Assembly: GCA_963727535.1 (NCBI GenBank)
Contig: CAVSGR010000005.1
Location: forward strand, 11,251 to 75,250
Length of the DNA: 64,000 nucleotides
Source: an uncultured Ignavibacteria bacterium
GTDB taxonomy: Bacteria; Bacteroidota; Ignavibacteria; Ignavibacteriales; Ignavibacteriaceae
Direction: 5' to 3'
In this document: positions 29,472 to 40,745 of the stretch, piece after piece
Layout of the letters: each line of letters opens with the position of its first letter
Position numbering within the stretch: position 1 is the stretch's first letter
Position numbers and translations under genes: made by a program
Notes under the pieces: generated by a model
Told to the model about the DNA's origin: nothing
Databases searched by the model: none
What the model saw: only the letters and a program-made list of their open reading frames with translations

Positions 29472-30567
29472 TTGGAAGAACAGGAAAAGAAGGACAACGC
29501 AGGCTCTGAAGTACAGAAAAGTGGACAGGAAACAAAAAGTTCATCACAAGACAGGGGCAATCAGCAAAGAAGAAGATTCTACAACAGGAACAGGAGACAT
29601 TATTCTCCACGTTATTCTCAACAAAACAGAGATAAAATAAAATTCAATAAAGTTTCAATAGTGATTCCGCTTCTGAATGAAGAAGAATCTCTTAACCCGC
29701 TGACTAATGAAATAAAAAAAATTTTGAAACTGACCGATGTAAGCTATGAGGTGATTTTTGTTGATGACGGCAGCACCGATAATTCTTTGAAAATTATAAA
29801 AGAAATCTGCAGAACCGATAAGAGATTCAAATATTTTAGCTTGAGAAAAAACTATGGAAAATCTGCTGCACTCCAGGTTGGCTTTTTACAAGCAACCGGG
29901 GATGCTGTAATTACCATGGATGCAGATTTACAGGACGATCCTTCCGAGATTCCAAATCTTTTAAGAAAGCTTGCAGAAGATTTTGATCTTGTTTCCGGGT
30001 GGAAAAAAATCAGGCAAGATCCTTTTGTAAAGAAAATCTCATCCAGGTTTTTCAATTTTGTAACAAGAGTAATCAGTAAAGTTAAAATTCACGATTTTAA
30101 CTGTGGATTAAAAGCATATAGAAAAGAAGTTATTCTTAATATACAGGTTTATGGAGAATTGCATAGATACATTCCTCTGTCTAGCTCACTGGAAAGGCTA
30201 CAGAGTTACTGAGATAGTTGTAAAGCATCATCCACGCCGTTACGGAAAAACCAAGTTTGGAATTTCACGTTTCTTTAAGGGATTTATAGATTTAATTACT
30301 GTTGTTTTTACTACGCGGTATATTCGACGTCCTTTACATCTGTTTGGGTTTTTAGGTGCCATCGCTTTTGCTGCCGGTTTTATTGTCAACAGCTATCTTA
30401 CTTACCTTTGGATTACAGGAGGGTACTTAAGCAACAGACCTATGCTGTTTCTTGGTATCCTTTTAATTATAGTTGGTGTTCAGTTTTTTTCAGTCGGTCT
30501 TCTTGGAGAAATGTTTGTGCACAATACAAGAAGTGAAAAAGAATATATCATTAAAGAAAAAGGATGA
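29472..30567 (+). pseudogene. GT2 glycosyltransferase (polyprenol-phosphate sugar transferase type) with one frame disruption
   Basis: VSIVIPLLNEE, VDDGSTD, MDADLQDDP. ...GELHRYIP (frame 1) continues as LAHWKGYRVTEI...RRYGKTKFG (frame 2). The junction at about 30174-30184 is not in a homopolymer. Arg/Gln-rich N-terminal extension. Confidence 0.75.
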
Positions 30568-30614
30568 TAATAGTTATTCTTTAAAAGCAGAATAAAAAAT
30601 TTTAGTAGGATTAA

Positions 30615-30648
30615 AAAAAATCCCTCTTGTAAAAAAGAGGGATTTTTT
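30615..30648. terminator. Bidirectional rho-independent terminator
   Basis: AAAAAATCCCTCTT-GTAAAA-AAGAGGGATTTTTT, a 14-bp perfect stem with A/T tracts on both sides. Confidence 0.75.
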
Positions 30649-30652
30649 ATTT

Positions 30653-33600
30653 TTACTTATTCTTAATTGGATAGGGCGGACGTTCAGGTATTTTAACAGG
30701 ATGTTGTTTAAGTTCATCGAGCGCAACCTGGATTGCTTTATTTAACTGCTGATCAGTTCCTTCATATTCAAGAGCAGGATCATTATCCTGGTAAATGTCC
30801 GGTTCAACTCCTCTTCCTTCAATGACCCACTTTTTACCTTCAAAATCTAATGGGGCAAATTCCGGCTTGTTGAGAAATCCACCATCGACAAATGGATTTG
30901 TGCCTCGTATTCCTACAACACCTCCCCATGTTCTTTTGCCTATAAGCTTCCCGATTTTATCTGTTTTAAACCTGTAGGGAAAAATATCTCCGTCGGAAGC
31001 GGAAAATTCATCCATCAAACACACTTTTGGTCCGACCTGCATTCCATCAGGATTATAACTTAAAGCCGCGTTTCTTGCTGCATCCAGGAAAACACCTTCG
31101 CGTGTTAATCTTTCAATTATTTGCCGTGAAACATTTCCTCCACCGTTTCCTCTAACATCAATAATCAATGCTTCTTTTTTAAGCTGAGGATAAAAATATT
31201 TTGAAAACTCATTTAATCCGTGCGCTCCCATATCCGGTATATGTATGTAACCGACTTTACCATCGGTTGCATCGTTAACTTTTTTAATGTTATCCTGTAC
31301 CCAGGTATAATAGTAAAGTGGATGTTCATCCTCTATTGGAACAACTACATTATCTTTAGCTCCTTTTTCTTCGGGAACAGAATTGGTTTTTAATATTACC
31401 TGTTTATCTGCTTTATCAACAAGCTCGGAATAAATATTTTTTATTCCTTTAGTAGATTTCCCATTGATCTCGATAATATAGTCTCCCTCTTTGATATCGA
31501 CACCAATGTCGGTGAGGGGATTTCGTATTCCTTTATTCCAGTTCTGGCTGTTTAATATTTTTTTGATCTGGAAATAACCGGATTTATCCTTTACTATTTC
31601 TGCACCAAGCAATCCGAGCTTTACACGTTTTGGTTTTGGGTAATCACCACCGCCGACATAAGTGTGACCGGAATTAAGTTCCCCAATCATTTCACCGAGT
31701 ATATAAGTTAAGTCTGCACGATGGTTAACATATTTAACTAAAGGTTCATAAGTCTCTTTTATTTTTTCCCAATCAACACCATTCATAATTGGCGAATAAA
31801 AGAAGTCCCTCATTTGTCTCCACGACTCATTAAAAATTTGTTCCCATTCTGCATGGCGGTTGAGGTCCACTTTCATATCGGAAAGGTTGAGTTGATCTTT
31901 CATATCAATTTTCTGTGATGGAAGATCAATTATTGCATAAGTATGTTTGTACCCGACAAGCATTTTTTTATTGTCGGCAGAAATTTCAAAACCATCTGCA
32001 TCACCAAGATCAGTTTCTTTTTGTTTATCCAGATCGAACATTAATAATTTTGATTGGTCATCCTTACTTCCGTTTCTTGTATAATAAATTTTATCTCCAG
32101 CAGAGGTTACATTTCTATAACTTGAAGCTTCAATAGGAAGTTCCAAAATCCTGTTGCCTATTCCATCAATGTCAACAGCGACATTCATTTTATCTTTTGA
32201 ATCTTTTTTATCCTTCTTTTCTTCAGTTGATTTGCTATCCTTTGATGTAGTGTCTTTTTGAATCCCTACTTCATCACTCTTAGGTTCAAATGGAGACTTG
32301 GTATCCTTGGCAAGAGTTACAAGATAGATTTTGTTCATATCATTATAAATATGATTCCATTCCATCCAGCCATACTTGGGTGAAAAACTTCTGTCAGATA
32401 TGAAGAAAAGATATTTCCCGTCATCACTGAATTCTGGTCCACTTGAAGAATACCATCCGTCGGTTACTTCATATTTTTCATCTTTATCCAAAGAGTATAA
32501 ATATACTTTTGTCATCACATCTTCTTCAGGTTTTGCATAAGTTACCCACTTGCTATCCGGCGACCAACTGTATTCCCTGATTTCCCAGGCAGTGGCTTTA
32601 TCGACAAGTGTAATTTTTTTAGTGTCGATATCTACAAATTGCAGCCTTTGCATTTTATCACCCCACAAAAGTTTTTTACTATCGGGTGACCAATACATTT
32701 GATACTTATATGTCTCCCCGTTATTTGTTACCTGGATTGGATCGGATTTGCCATCCTGAGCTAAAATATAAAGTTCATCTTCTCCCGAAGCATCTGAAAT
32801 ATATGCTATCCATTTTCCATCGGGTGACCATTTTGAATTTCTTTCGTGTACTCCGCTTGTGTTTGTAAGATCTCTTGTATTGCCATTCTTTGCAGGAACA
32901 GTAAAGATATCGCCACGCGCTCCGAACAATGCTCTGTTGCCATCCGGAGAGATTTCATAATTTGCAACTTCTTTACTTACATCTTTTAGTCCACCTCTTC
33001 CGCCGACAAAATCTTCATTCAGATATATCGTAACTTTTTCGGCTTTGTTTGTTGCAAGATCAAACTTGTAGATATAACCGCCGTTTTCAAAAACAATTGC
33101 ATTATCTCCAAGTGAAGGAAATTTTATATCGAAGTCTGTAAAGTTGGTAAGCTTCTTCGTTTCTTTTGTTGTAAGATCATAAACGAAAAGATTCATTCTC
33201 AAATCTCTATCCGACAAAAAATAAATCTTATCTTTATACCACATTGGAATTATATCCTGTGCGGGATTATTAGTTGCGTTCTCAATCTTCTTCGTAGCAA
33301 AATCATAAATCCAGATATCATCAGCCATTCCACCACGGTATCTTTTCCATGTCCTGAATTCTCTGAATATACGATTGTAAGCGAGTTTCTTTTTATCGGG
33401 AGAGTAAGAACAAAATCCTCCGCGGGGAAATGGAAGCTGTTCGAGCATTCCACCATCTTTTGGCTGAAGATAAAGTTGACCGTTAAAATCATTGAACTCT
33501 TTCCAGCGTGAGCGCAATATAATATTGTCATTATCTTTCCAACCCATAACTATATTGTTAGGTCCCATTCTGTCTGAAACATCATCACGGTTTAAAGTTG

Positions 33601-33913
33601 CAGTATAACTTAATCTCTTAGGAACTCCTCCCTCGGAAGGTATAAGATAAACTTCTGTATTACCATCATACTGACCTGTAAAAGCTATCCATTTTCCATC
33701 AGGTGAAAACCGGGCAAACATTTCATAGCCTTCATCGTTGGTTAACTTGCGTGCAGTTCCGCCGGATGACGAAACAGTATAAAGATCACCTGCATAAGAA
33801 AAAACAATTTGGTTTCCATGAATAGCAGGAAATCTTAAAAGACGAGCCTCCTCCTGTGAGTATACTACTATGGAGAAAAGCAACAGGAAGGAAAAGATGA
33901 ATCTGAACTTCAT
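30653..33913 (-). CDS. Tricorn-type protease homologue (TolB-like beta-propellers + PDZ + S41 peptidase domain)
   Basis: 1086 aa. N-terminal LLRFPAIHGNQIVFSYAGDLY, repeated WSPDGK/WSPDSK propeller repeats, and C-terminal S41-like GNGGG...SASDGDIF. Confidence 0.85.
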   Translation of the reverse strand: MKFRFIFSFLLLFSIVVYSQEEARLLRFPAIHGNQIVFSYAGDLYTVSSSGGTARKLTNDEGYEMFARFSPDGKWIAFTGQYDGNTEVYLIPSEGGVPKRLSYTATLNRDDVSDRMGPNNIVMGWKDNDNIILRSRWKEFNDFNGQLYLQPKDGGMLEQLPFPRGGFCSYSPDKKKLAYNRIFREFRTWKRYRGGMADDIWIYDFATKKIENATNNPAQDIIPMWYKDKIYFLSDRDLRMNLFVYDLTTKETKKLTNFTDFDIKFPSLGDNAIVFENGGYIYKFDLATNKAEKVTIYLNEDFVGGRGGLKDVSKEVANYEISPDGNRALFGARGDIFTVPAKNGNTRDLTNTSGVHERNSKWSPDGKWIAYISDASGEDELYILAQDGKSDPIQVTNNGETYKYQMYWSPDSKKLLWGDKMQRLQFVDIDTKKITLVDKATAWEIREYSWSPDSKWVTYAKPEEDVMTKVYLYSLDKDEKYEVTDGWYSSSGPEFSDDGKYLFFISDRSFSPKYGWMEWNHIYNDMNKIYLVTLAKDTKSPFEPKSDEVGIQKDTTSKDSKSTEEKKDKKDSKDKMNVAVDIDGIGNRILELPIEASSYRNVTSAGDKIYYTRNGSKDDQSKLLMFDLDKQKETDLGDADGFEISADNKKMLVGYKHTYAIIDLPSQKIDMKDQLNLSDMKVDLNRHAEWEQIFNESWRQMRDFFYSPIMNGVDWEKIKETYEPLVKYVNHRADLTYILGEMIGELNSGHTYVGGGDYPKPKRVKLGLLGAEIVKDKSGYFQIKKILNSQNWNKGIRNPLTDIGVDIKEGDYIIEINGKSTKGIKNIYSELVDKADKQVILKTNSVPEEKGAKDNVVVPIEDEHPLYYYTWVQDNIKKVNDATDGKVGYIHIPDMGAHGLNEFSKYFYPQLKKEALIIDVRGNGGGNVSRQIIERLTREGVFLDAARNAALSYNPDGMQVGPKVCLMDEFSASDGDIFPYRFKTDKIGKLIGKRTWGGVVGIRGTNPFVDGGFLNKPEFAPLDFEGKKWVIEGRGVEPDIYQDNDPALEYEGTDQQLNKAIQVALDELKQHPVKIPERPPYPIKNK

Positions 33914-34004
33914 AAATAATCTTTCATTTTTTTGTTGTTAAAATAGAGAACTCCCCGCCGGGTTTGAAACATCCCTGAATATTCATAACTCTAATTGAGG
34001 TGCC

Positions 34005-34418
34005 TTATATTATAGTCAGAAGGGCAAAATCACTCATTACTAAATTTCCCGGAGAAATTTTGCAAACCTGAATTTTCTCTTCAAACCATTTTATAGAAAT
34101 ACTATTATCAACTGCAGTTTTCCTGAGCCATTCTATTTCCATTATAGGAGTTTTATTATCAGAAAAAGCAAGCATTAAAGCATCGGATAAAAATGATTCG
34201 GCAATTTTTATATCAGAAAATTTAACAGGATCTTCGACAAGATATTTATTTGCAAGCAGGTTGCTCAGAGTTTCTTCATAAAATTCAGATGAGAATCCTA
34301 ATCTATTGGCTATTTCTCTTATAATCTTTTTTTCAGATTCGGCGAGTTTTTTATCTTTGCGTGCAGTTATTAATAATCCTTTTAAATAATTACTTTTATC
34401 AATTACAGGTATGTTCAT
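34005..34418 (-). CDS. Hypothetical protein (possibly TerB-like helical domain)
   Basis: ORF length and helical periodicity only. Confidence 0.45.
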   Translation of the reverse strand: MNIPVIDKSNYLKGLLITARKDKKLAESEKKIIREIANRLGFSSEFYEETLSNLLANKYLVEDPVKFSDIKIAESFLSDALMLAFSDNKTPIMEIEWLRKTAVDNSISIKWFEEKIQVCKISPGNLVMSDFALLTII

Positions 34419-34633
34419 TTTCGACCCAAGAATATTTGATTTACAAATGTTAAACTACAAAATTTTACTCATCGGAAAAATTCATTAATTATTTTGATTG
34501 TAAATCTTCCATTTATTTTATCATACTTCAAGGTAAAAGGACTTGTTCTACTGCCGTTCATCATAATTCTAAAAAAATAATTGTAAATTATATATTATTA
34601 TGATTTTCCTAATTCAAACCAGGGAGATTTAAA

Positions 34634-36022
34634 ATGGAATTCAGAATTGAATCTGACAGCATGGGAGAAATTAAAGTTCCCAAAGATAAATATTACGGTG
34701 CGCAAACAGCACGTTCATTAATGAATTTTAAAATTGGCGGAAACAGGTTTCCGCGCGAACTGATAAGAGCGCTTGGCATTTTAAAGAAAGCAGCAGCTTT
34801 GGTAAACAAAGAGCTTGGTTTGCTGCCGGCTGAAAAAGCAGACTTAATTGTGAAAGCCGCAGATGAAGTAATCGATGGAAAGCTCGATGATCATTTCCCT
34901 CTTGTCGTGTGGCAGACAGGAAGCGGCACACAAACTAATATGAATGCTAATGAAGTCATATCCAACCGGGCTATAGAAATTTCCCGCGGAGAAATGGGAA
35001 GTAAAAAACCAATCCATCCAAATGATGATGTTAATAAAGCACAATCTTCTAATGATACTTTTCCAACAGCAATGCACATAGCCGCCGTTGAGGAAATTCA
35101 TAGAAGACTTATTCCTATGGTTACAAAGCTGAGAGATGCTCTTGAAAAAAAGTCGGGCGAATTCAAATCAATTATAAAGACAGGAAGAACTCATTTAATG
35201 GATGCTACTCCTTTAACTCTTGGACAGGAATTTTCGGGATATGTGCAACAATTAACAAACGGACTTGAAAGAATTAATGGAGTTCTTCCAAGATTATACG
35301 AACTCGCTTTAGGAGGAACTGCAGTTGGAACAGGTTTAAATACTCATCCTGAGTTTGCTGTTAAATCTGCCAAGAAAATTTCAGAGTTAACAGGGAAACC
35401 TTTTGTTACAGCAAGAAATAAATTTGAAGCACTTGCTGCTCACGACGCAATGGTAGAATTGCATGGAGTTTTAAAAACTCTTGCAGCATCTTTAATGAAA
35501 ATAGCAAATGATGTTCGTTGGCTTGGTTCGGGACCTCGTTGCGGAATAGGTGAAATTCATCTCCCAGAAAATGAACCGGGAAGTTCCATAATGCCGGGCA
35601 AAGTTAATCCAACTCAATCAGAAGCTATGACAATGGTTTGCGCACAGGTTTTCGGAAACGATGTTGCTGTAAACTTTGGCGGCGCAAGCGGAAATTTCGA
35701 GCTCAATGTTTTTAAACCGGTTATAATTTTTAATGTCCTTAATTCTATCAGACTTCTTTCAGATGCATGTGAAAGTTTTACAGATAATTGTGTGGTTGGA
35801 ATTGAAGCGAATAAAAAGAACATTGAAAAACATCTTGAAAATTCTTTGATGCTTGTCACTGCTCTAAATCCTCATATTGGCTATGATAATGCAGCTAAGG
35901 TTGCTAAGAAAGCTCATAAAGAAAATAAAACTTTAAAAGAAGCAGCAGTTGAGCTTGGGCTACTTACTGCGGAAAAGTTTGATGAGATTGTAAGACCGGA
36001 AAAGATGATCGGACCGAAATAA
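34634..36022 (+). CDS. fumC: Class II fumarate hydratase
   Basis: [16 protein letters not shown] signature; [11 protein letters not shown]; 462 aa. Confidence 0.95.
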   Translation: MEFRIESDSMGEIKVPKDKYYGAQTARSLMNFKIGGNRFPRELIRALGILKKAAALVNKELGLLPAEKADLIVKAADEVIDGKLDDHFPLVVWQTGSGTQTNMNANEVISNRAIEISRGEMGSKKPIHPNDDVNKAQSSNDTFPTAMHIAAVEEIHRRLIPMVTKLRDALEKKSGEFKSIIKTGRTHLMDATPLTLGQEFSGYVQQLTNGLERINGVLPRLYELALGGTAVGTGLNTHPEFAVKSAKKISELTGKPFVTARNKFEALAAHDAMVELHGVLKTLAASLMKIANDVRWLGSGPRCGIGEIHLPENEPGSSIMPGKVNPTQSEAMTMVCAQVFGNDVAVNFGGASGNFELNVFKPVIIFNVLNSIRLLSDACESFTDNCVVGIEANKKNIEKHLENSLMLVTALNPHIGYDNAAKVAKKAHKENKTLKEAAVELGLLTAEKFDEIVRPEKMIGPK

Positions 36023-36113
36023 CTTCAAGTTTAAGTGCAGGTTCAAGAGCAAGAGTAAAGAATGAACGAAATAATTCTGAATATTTATCTTATTATTAAA
36101 CGATGGATTTGTT

Positions 36114-36392
36114 GTGGAGTTCCGTGCAATTGCTTACGAAAACGAAGGAGGAGATGACAGGAAAATCGCATTTCTTAAAAGTAAAGCTGTAGAGGATTTT
36201 GATAAATCATACCGCTTTGAAGCTCCCACTGATAAACGTGGTAAATTTATGCCTTACTATAAATTTTCAAGACTCGAATCAAAAGGCAGACAATTTGAGC
36301 TATTCGAAGAAATATTCAATAATTTTAGTGTTCCGGAAAAACCTTTAATTTGTGTAACGCCTGTTGTAGACGGCAAGATTGTAACTAATTAA
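36114..36392 (+). CDS. Hypothetical protein (GTG start)
   Basis: ORF only; coding status uncertain. Confidence 0.3.
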   Translation: MEFRAIAYENEGGDDRKIAFLKSKAVEDFDKSYRFEAPTDKRGKFMPYYKFSRLESKGRQFELFEEIFNNFSVPEKPLICVTPVVDGKIVTN

Positions 36393-36470
36393 GTGATTAA
36401 CATATATTTAAATAAATTCTACTAATGCTGCCTTTCCATTTCACAATTATTCTAAGGAATCTATATTCAT

Positions 36471-38489
36471 ATGCATGATGAATCCGATCTACCTGACAAA
36501 CAGCTAGAATATTTAAAGAAGCTCAATGAACTGGATAAATTTTATTCAACTAAAAAGCTTGGTTCATTTGTTGAAAAAGGTAAAACCCATTTCAGGTTGT
36601 TTACACCGAATGCAGAAAAAGTTACTCTTGTTGTTTTTGATAAATTAGAAAACAGCAAAGGTCAGGAATTTGAAATGGAAAAAGATAATAATTGTGTTTG
36701 GGAAACTTCGATTGATGGTGAAAGATATGGACTTTATTATAGCTTCAAAGTTAAACATAACGGAAAGCAATCAGTTCTTTGTATTGATCCGTATGCAAAA
36801 GCAGTTGCATCTTTTAATACATATTTCAATCCGCGGAAATCAATAGTTGTAAAAGGAAATGATTACGATTGGGAAGGCGATACGTGGATAAAAAGAGATT
36901 GGCGTGATTTGATTATTTATGAAATGCATATTCGTGACATGACAATTCATCCTTCTTCAGAAGTAAAAGATGCTGGGACATATCAAGGTTTAATTGAAAA
37001 AAATAGGCGGGGAGGATTAGACTATATTCACTGTCTGGGGGTAAATACAGTCGAACTTCTTCCCGCCCAGGAATTTGGAAATATTGAGACACCATATAAA
37101 AAATCTATGCATGAAAAACTGAATGAATGGAACCCTTACGAAAGAAATCATTGGGGATATATGACAGCGGCTTTCTTTGCACCGGAAACTTATTACAGCG
37201 AAAGTGTTAAAGAAATAAAGTGGGATAGCTGGGATGGAAAGGATACAAAATCGATAAGAGATTTTAAAGACATGATAAAAGCTTTTCATAAAGAAGGCAT
37301 CGGTGTGATAATGGATGTCGTGTACAATCATCTCTCCGAATACGAACTTGGTAACCTTAAAGAAATTGATAAAGAATATTATTTCAGGTTGGATGAGAAG
37401 GGAAATATTATAAACCAGAGTGGAACAGGTAATGACCTGCGTACTGAAAGACCGATGCTAAGAAGATTAATTATTGATAGCGTCCTTTACTGGATGAAAG
37501 AATATCACATAGATGGTTTCCGTTTTGATCTTGCTAAACTAATTGACTGGAAAACAATAGAAAAAGTTAAAGAAGAAGCAAAAAAAATAAACCCGGATGT
37601 TGTTTTTATTGCTGAGCCGTGGGGCGGCGGATATGATCCTGCAGGATTTTCTCAAAGAGGATGGGCAAGCTGGAATGATCATATCCGTAATGGAGTAAAA
37701 GGTGAAAATCCTGTTAACTGCCCCGGCTGGACTTTTGGCAAGTGGTACGGCAATAATAATCCTGGCAGAATTAAGAGTTATGTTAATGGAACTTTAGTTA
37801 GAGATGAATTTGGCTCGTTTGAAAAACCCGAACATTCTGTAAACTATCTGGAATCTCACGATGGTTATACGCTTGGTGATTTTATAAGGATTGGTTCAGG
37901 GGAAATGAATGAGCAGCAAGTTATAAAAGAGGTAGATAGTTATATAAAACTTTCACCACAACAATTAAAACTTAACAAGTTGGCTGCTTTGTTTCTTTTT
38001 ACCTCTCAGGGAATTATAATGATGCATGCCGGGCAGGAATACGCCCGCAGTAAAGTAATTCCTGAAAACAATAATATTGAAGATGAAATGAAAGGAAAGA
38101 TCGATCACAATTCTTATAACAAGGATAATGAAACGAACCATATTAATTATAATCATGTACAAACCAATAAAGAGCTTGTCGATTATTATACTGGCTTAAT
38201 CGAATTAAGAAAAAAATATCCGGCTTTCAGAAGAGCAAAGTATGAAGAGATAACTTTCTATGATCCAAATGAGAATGAGTTTGCTTTGGGTTTTCATCTT
38301 TCACATAGTGGAGAAGATTTTATAATTTTATTTAATGCAAATCCTTCTAAAGAAGAAAAATTTCATCTGCCAGAAGGGAAGTGGGATGTTTTAGTAAACA
38401 AGGATAATGCAGGAATAAAAATTCTTAACACAATCACAAAAGAAATTGTACTTGAACCTTCTACAGGAACCGTCTTAAAGAAAAAATGA
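36471..38489 (+). CDS. GH13 debranching enzyme (type I pullulanase-like)
   Basis: GH13 regions DVVYNH, GFRFDLA, AEPWG and YLESHD, with an N-terminal CBM48-like domain. Confidence 0.85.
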   Translation: MHDESDLPDKQLEYLKKLNELDKFYSTKKLGSFVEKGKTHFRLFTPNAEKVTLVVFDKLENSKGQEFEMEKDNNCVWETSIDGERYGLYYSFKVKHNGKQSVLCIDPYAKAVASFNTYFNPRKSIVVKGNDYDWEGDTWIKRDWRDLIIYEMHIRDMTIHPSSEVKDAGTYQGLIEKNRRGGLDYIHCLGVNTVELLPAQEFGNIETPYKKSMHEKLNEWNPYERNHWGYMTAAFFAPETYYSESVKEIKWDSWDGKDTKSIRDFKDMIKAFHKEGIGVIMDVVYNHLSEYELGNLKEIDKEYYFRLDEKGNIINQSGTGNDLRTERPMLRRLIIDSVLYWMKEYHIDGFRFDLAKLIDWKTIEKVKEEAKKINPDVVFIAEPWGGGYDPAGFSQRGWASWNDHIRNGVKGENPVNCPGWTFGKWYGNNNPGRIKSYVNGTLVRDEFGSFEKPEHSVNYLESHDGYTLGDFIRIGSGEMNEQQVIKEVDSYIKLSPQQLKLNKLAALFLFTSQGIIMMHAGQEYARSKVIPENNNIEDEMKGKIDHNSYNKDNETNHINYNHVQTNKELVDYYTGLIELRKKYPAFRRAKYEEITFYDPNENEFALGFHLSHSGEDFIILFNANPSKEEKFHLPEGKWDVLVNKDNAGIKILNTITKEIVLEPSTGTVLKKK

Positions 38490-38492
38490 GCA

Positions 38493-38515
38493 GGAACCCG
38501 ATCAGATCAGGTTCC
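38493..38515. terminator. Palindrome between convergent genes
   Basis: GGAACCCGATC-A-GATCAGGTTCC (one mismatch). Confidence 0.4.
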
Positions 38516-38538
38516 CACATATTAATTCTACAAACTAC

Positions 38539-38709
38539 CTATCTTACGCGTTTACCAGCTTTGATTCCTTTGCAGGCACCGCACAATTTTTTACCGCCTT
38601 TGCCTGAAACTTTTAATCTTTTCTTGATACTTTTCCCTGCGGAACAATCGCTGAAAATGTGATAAACGCTTCCCTCTTTGGAGTAATAAGGACTCGAGGC
38701 TCTTGCCAT
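38539..38709 (-). CDS. 56-aa Cys-containing small protein, below the ORF-track cutoff
   Basis: MARASSPYYSKEGSVYHIFSDCSAGKSIKKRLKVSGKGGKKLCGACKGIKAGKRVR. A GGAGGG Shine-Dalgarno lies 7 nt upstream. Pattern YH..(D)C ... CxxC. Confidence 0.5.
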   Translation of the reverse strand: MARASSPYYSKEGSVYHIFSDCSAGKSIKKRLKVSGKGGKKLCGACKGIKAGKRVR

Positions 38710-38814
38710 AACGCACCCTCCAGTTTTGTTAATGGTTCATAATAATTAAAGAACATTTTTAACCTATAAAAACTTTTTAAGTAAAGCAATAATTTTTTTA
38801 TAATTATAATGAAA

Positions 38815-38848
38815 TGTAGGAACTTGACCCGCCCTTGTCGGGCAAGTT
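38815..38848. repeat. REP-like palindrome starting TGTAGGAAC
   Basis: AACTTGACCCG-CCCTTGT-CGGGCAAGTT. Its 5' end resembles the palindrome at 48137. Confidence 0.5.
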
Positions 38849-38858
38849 AATCAAGTTC

Positions 38859-39794
38859 TTATTTACAATATTTTTGAATCTGCTCGTATGAATAAATATT
38901 GCCTAGTTCTCCTGCTCTAATCAGGTCTTTGCACCCATTATCTTTTTGCTTTAGTTTGATAAGACACAAGCCTCTGTAATAAAATGCCCCGGAATTGGTA
39001 GAGTCTTTTTTTAATACTCTTGAAAAATCGTTTACTGCTTGTTCACATAGTTCCAAATCTGTTTCCAATTCTCCGCGCTGGTAATATAAATCTGTGTATT
39101 CAGGCTTAAGCTTTATAGCAGTTGTAAAATCATCGATTGCACCTTTCTTGTCTCCTGTTAATGCTCTATCTCCCGCACGGCTTATATAAGCATTAATTTC
39201 ATAAGGGTCCTTTTCAATTGCTTTTGAAAAATCTTCAATAGCTCCTTTGTAGTCATCGAGATGACTTTTTACATTTCCCCGGTTAACATAAGCGTGAGTG
39301 TAATCAGGATTAACTTCGATTGCTTTTGTATAATCTTTAATTGCTTCCTTAAATTTTCCTTTAAGATTTTTTGCATATCCTCTGCTGAAGTATGCAATAT
39401 CCAAATTTGGCTCAAGCCCTATTGTTTTATCAAGATCGTTTACTGCTAAATTGTAATCACCAAGATTCAGATATTCGATTCCTCTATTTAAATAAGCCAG
39501 GTAAGAATCAGGGTCTAGTTCGATCGCTTTTGTATAATTTTTTATTGCATAATCATGATTTCCAAGATTACTGTAAGATTTTCCTCTTTGCAGATAAGCA
39601 TCATAATTGCTTGGGTCAATCTCAATAAGTTGAGATAAATCACTAATTGCGGCGTAATAATCTCCCCGGGAATATTTTTGATTTGCCAAATCAAAGAGCA
39701 ATGAATTGGTAGACGAGCAGCCCCCGGTTAAAAGAAACAATATGGATATTCCCCACAGGAGATATCCGCAAAACAGACGAAATTTGAAATTCAT
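38859..39794 (-). CDS. TPR-repeat lipoprotein
   Basis: Lipobox LTGGC, followed by about 7 tandem 34-aa TPR units (...AI.DY.KAIE.DP....AY.NRG...). Confidence 0.85.
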   Translation of the reverse strand: MNFKFRLFCGYLLWGISILFLLTGGCSSTNSLLFDLANQKYSRGDYYAAISDLSQLIEIDPSNYDAYLQRGKSYSNLGNHDYAIKNYTKAIELDPDSYLAYLNRGIEYLNLGDYNLAVNDLDKTIGLEPNLDIAYFSRGYAKNLKGKFKEAIKDYTKAIEVNPDYTHAYVNRGNVKSHLDDYKGAIEDFSKAIEKDPYEINAYISRAGDRALTGDKKGAIDDFTTAIKLKPEYTDLYYQRGELETDLELCEQAVNDFSRVLKKDSTNSGAFYYRGLCLIKLKQKDNGCKDLIRAGELGNIYSYEQIQKYCK

Positions 39795-39923
39795 AAGCTA
39801 AAATTAACAATTAGAATCTTTTTATACACACTATTTTTTCGGAGTGCATTATAGCTTATAAATATCTATTTTTAAAATGTAATTTAAATTCTACATTATA
39901 CATTCTGCATTTTACATTAAAAA

Positions 39924-40631
39924 ATGGAACCCGAAAAACCTGATTTGTTTTTTATTCTTCTTAAGCTAAGATCATATCTTGTTAGTTTACTGAATAGTCC
40001 TGAAGAATGTGATGACAGCTTTACTTACACCGAAGAATTCCTTGATCGACGTTATCCCGAATTTAAGGGGGAAGTGTTGGAGCTCCTTATCTCAAATAAT
40101 ATTAACAACGATATGGATATCGCTTTTAATGAAAAGATAGTTTTCCGCTTTAAAGATATGGTTGCAGGGAATGAAGAACACACCGACCTTCCCGGACTTC
40201 TTAAAAAACTTGAGATCGAAGCACGTTCAATTGAGGAAGAAAACAAGCAGAAACTGAACTACATAAATGAAAGAGAACGGGAACTGAATAAAATTGTTGA
40301 GATTCTCTTTCAGCTTGCGACTAACTGGGCGGTACACAGGGAACTTGAAAGCCGTGTTGATGATTATTCTACATTAAGTGATGAAGAACTTATTCGTCCT
40401 GAAGAGGAAGCAAGCTTCGATACTCTCGATAAGAATACTTATTTATCGTTTGATAAAATTTCTAAACTGACGGAAAAATATATTCATATTTTAACAGATT
40501 ATTATTTTAAATACGGCGGCGACTTAACTCTTATAGAATTTGTCGAAGAGCTCGATAGAATTAAAGCTTCTGTATTTAGAAAATATTCCGAATTGTTCAG
40601 AAAACATGGGTTTGGAGAAAAGCTGGATTAA
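39924..40631 (+). CDS. Hypothetical acidic protein
   Basis: ORF only; no family recognised. Confidence 0.5.
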   Translation: MEPEKPDLFFILLKLRSYLVSLLNSPEECDDSFTYTEEFLDRRYPEFKGEVLELLISNNINNDMDIAFNEKIVFRFKDMVAGNEEHTDLPGLLKKLEIEARSIEEENKQKLNYINERERELNKIVEILFQLATNWAVHRELESRVDDYSTLSDEELIRPEEEASFDTLDKNTYLSFDKISKLTEKYIHILTDYYFKYGGDLTLIEFVEELDRIKASVFRKYSELFRKHGFGEKLD

Positions 40632-40745
40632 AGTCGGCTAAATATTTTGTTAGCCTACCGACTAATTTCCTTAACTCACCGAATTTTAGTTTAACAGCTG
40701 ATACATATAAATTAACTTTAGCATTATCAAATATCCAGGTGATGT

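Noticed and set aside
29472-29640. Arg/Gln/Asn-rich N-terminal extension of the second GT2 protein as a separate RNA-binding module
   Set aside because: It is a low-complexity basic segment upstream of the GT2 domain with a TTG start of uncertain validity. The true start may lie further downstream, and there is not enough evidence for a distinct function.
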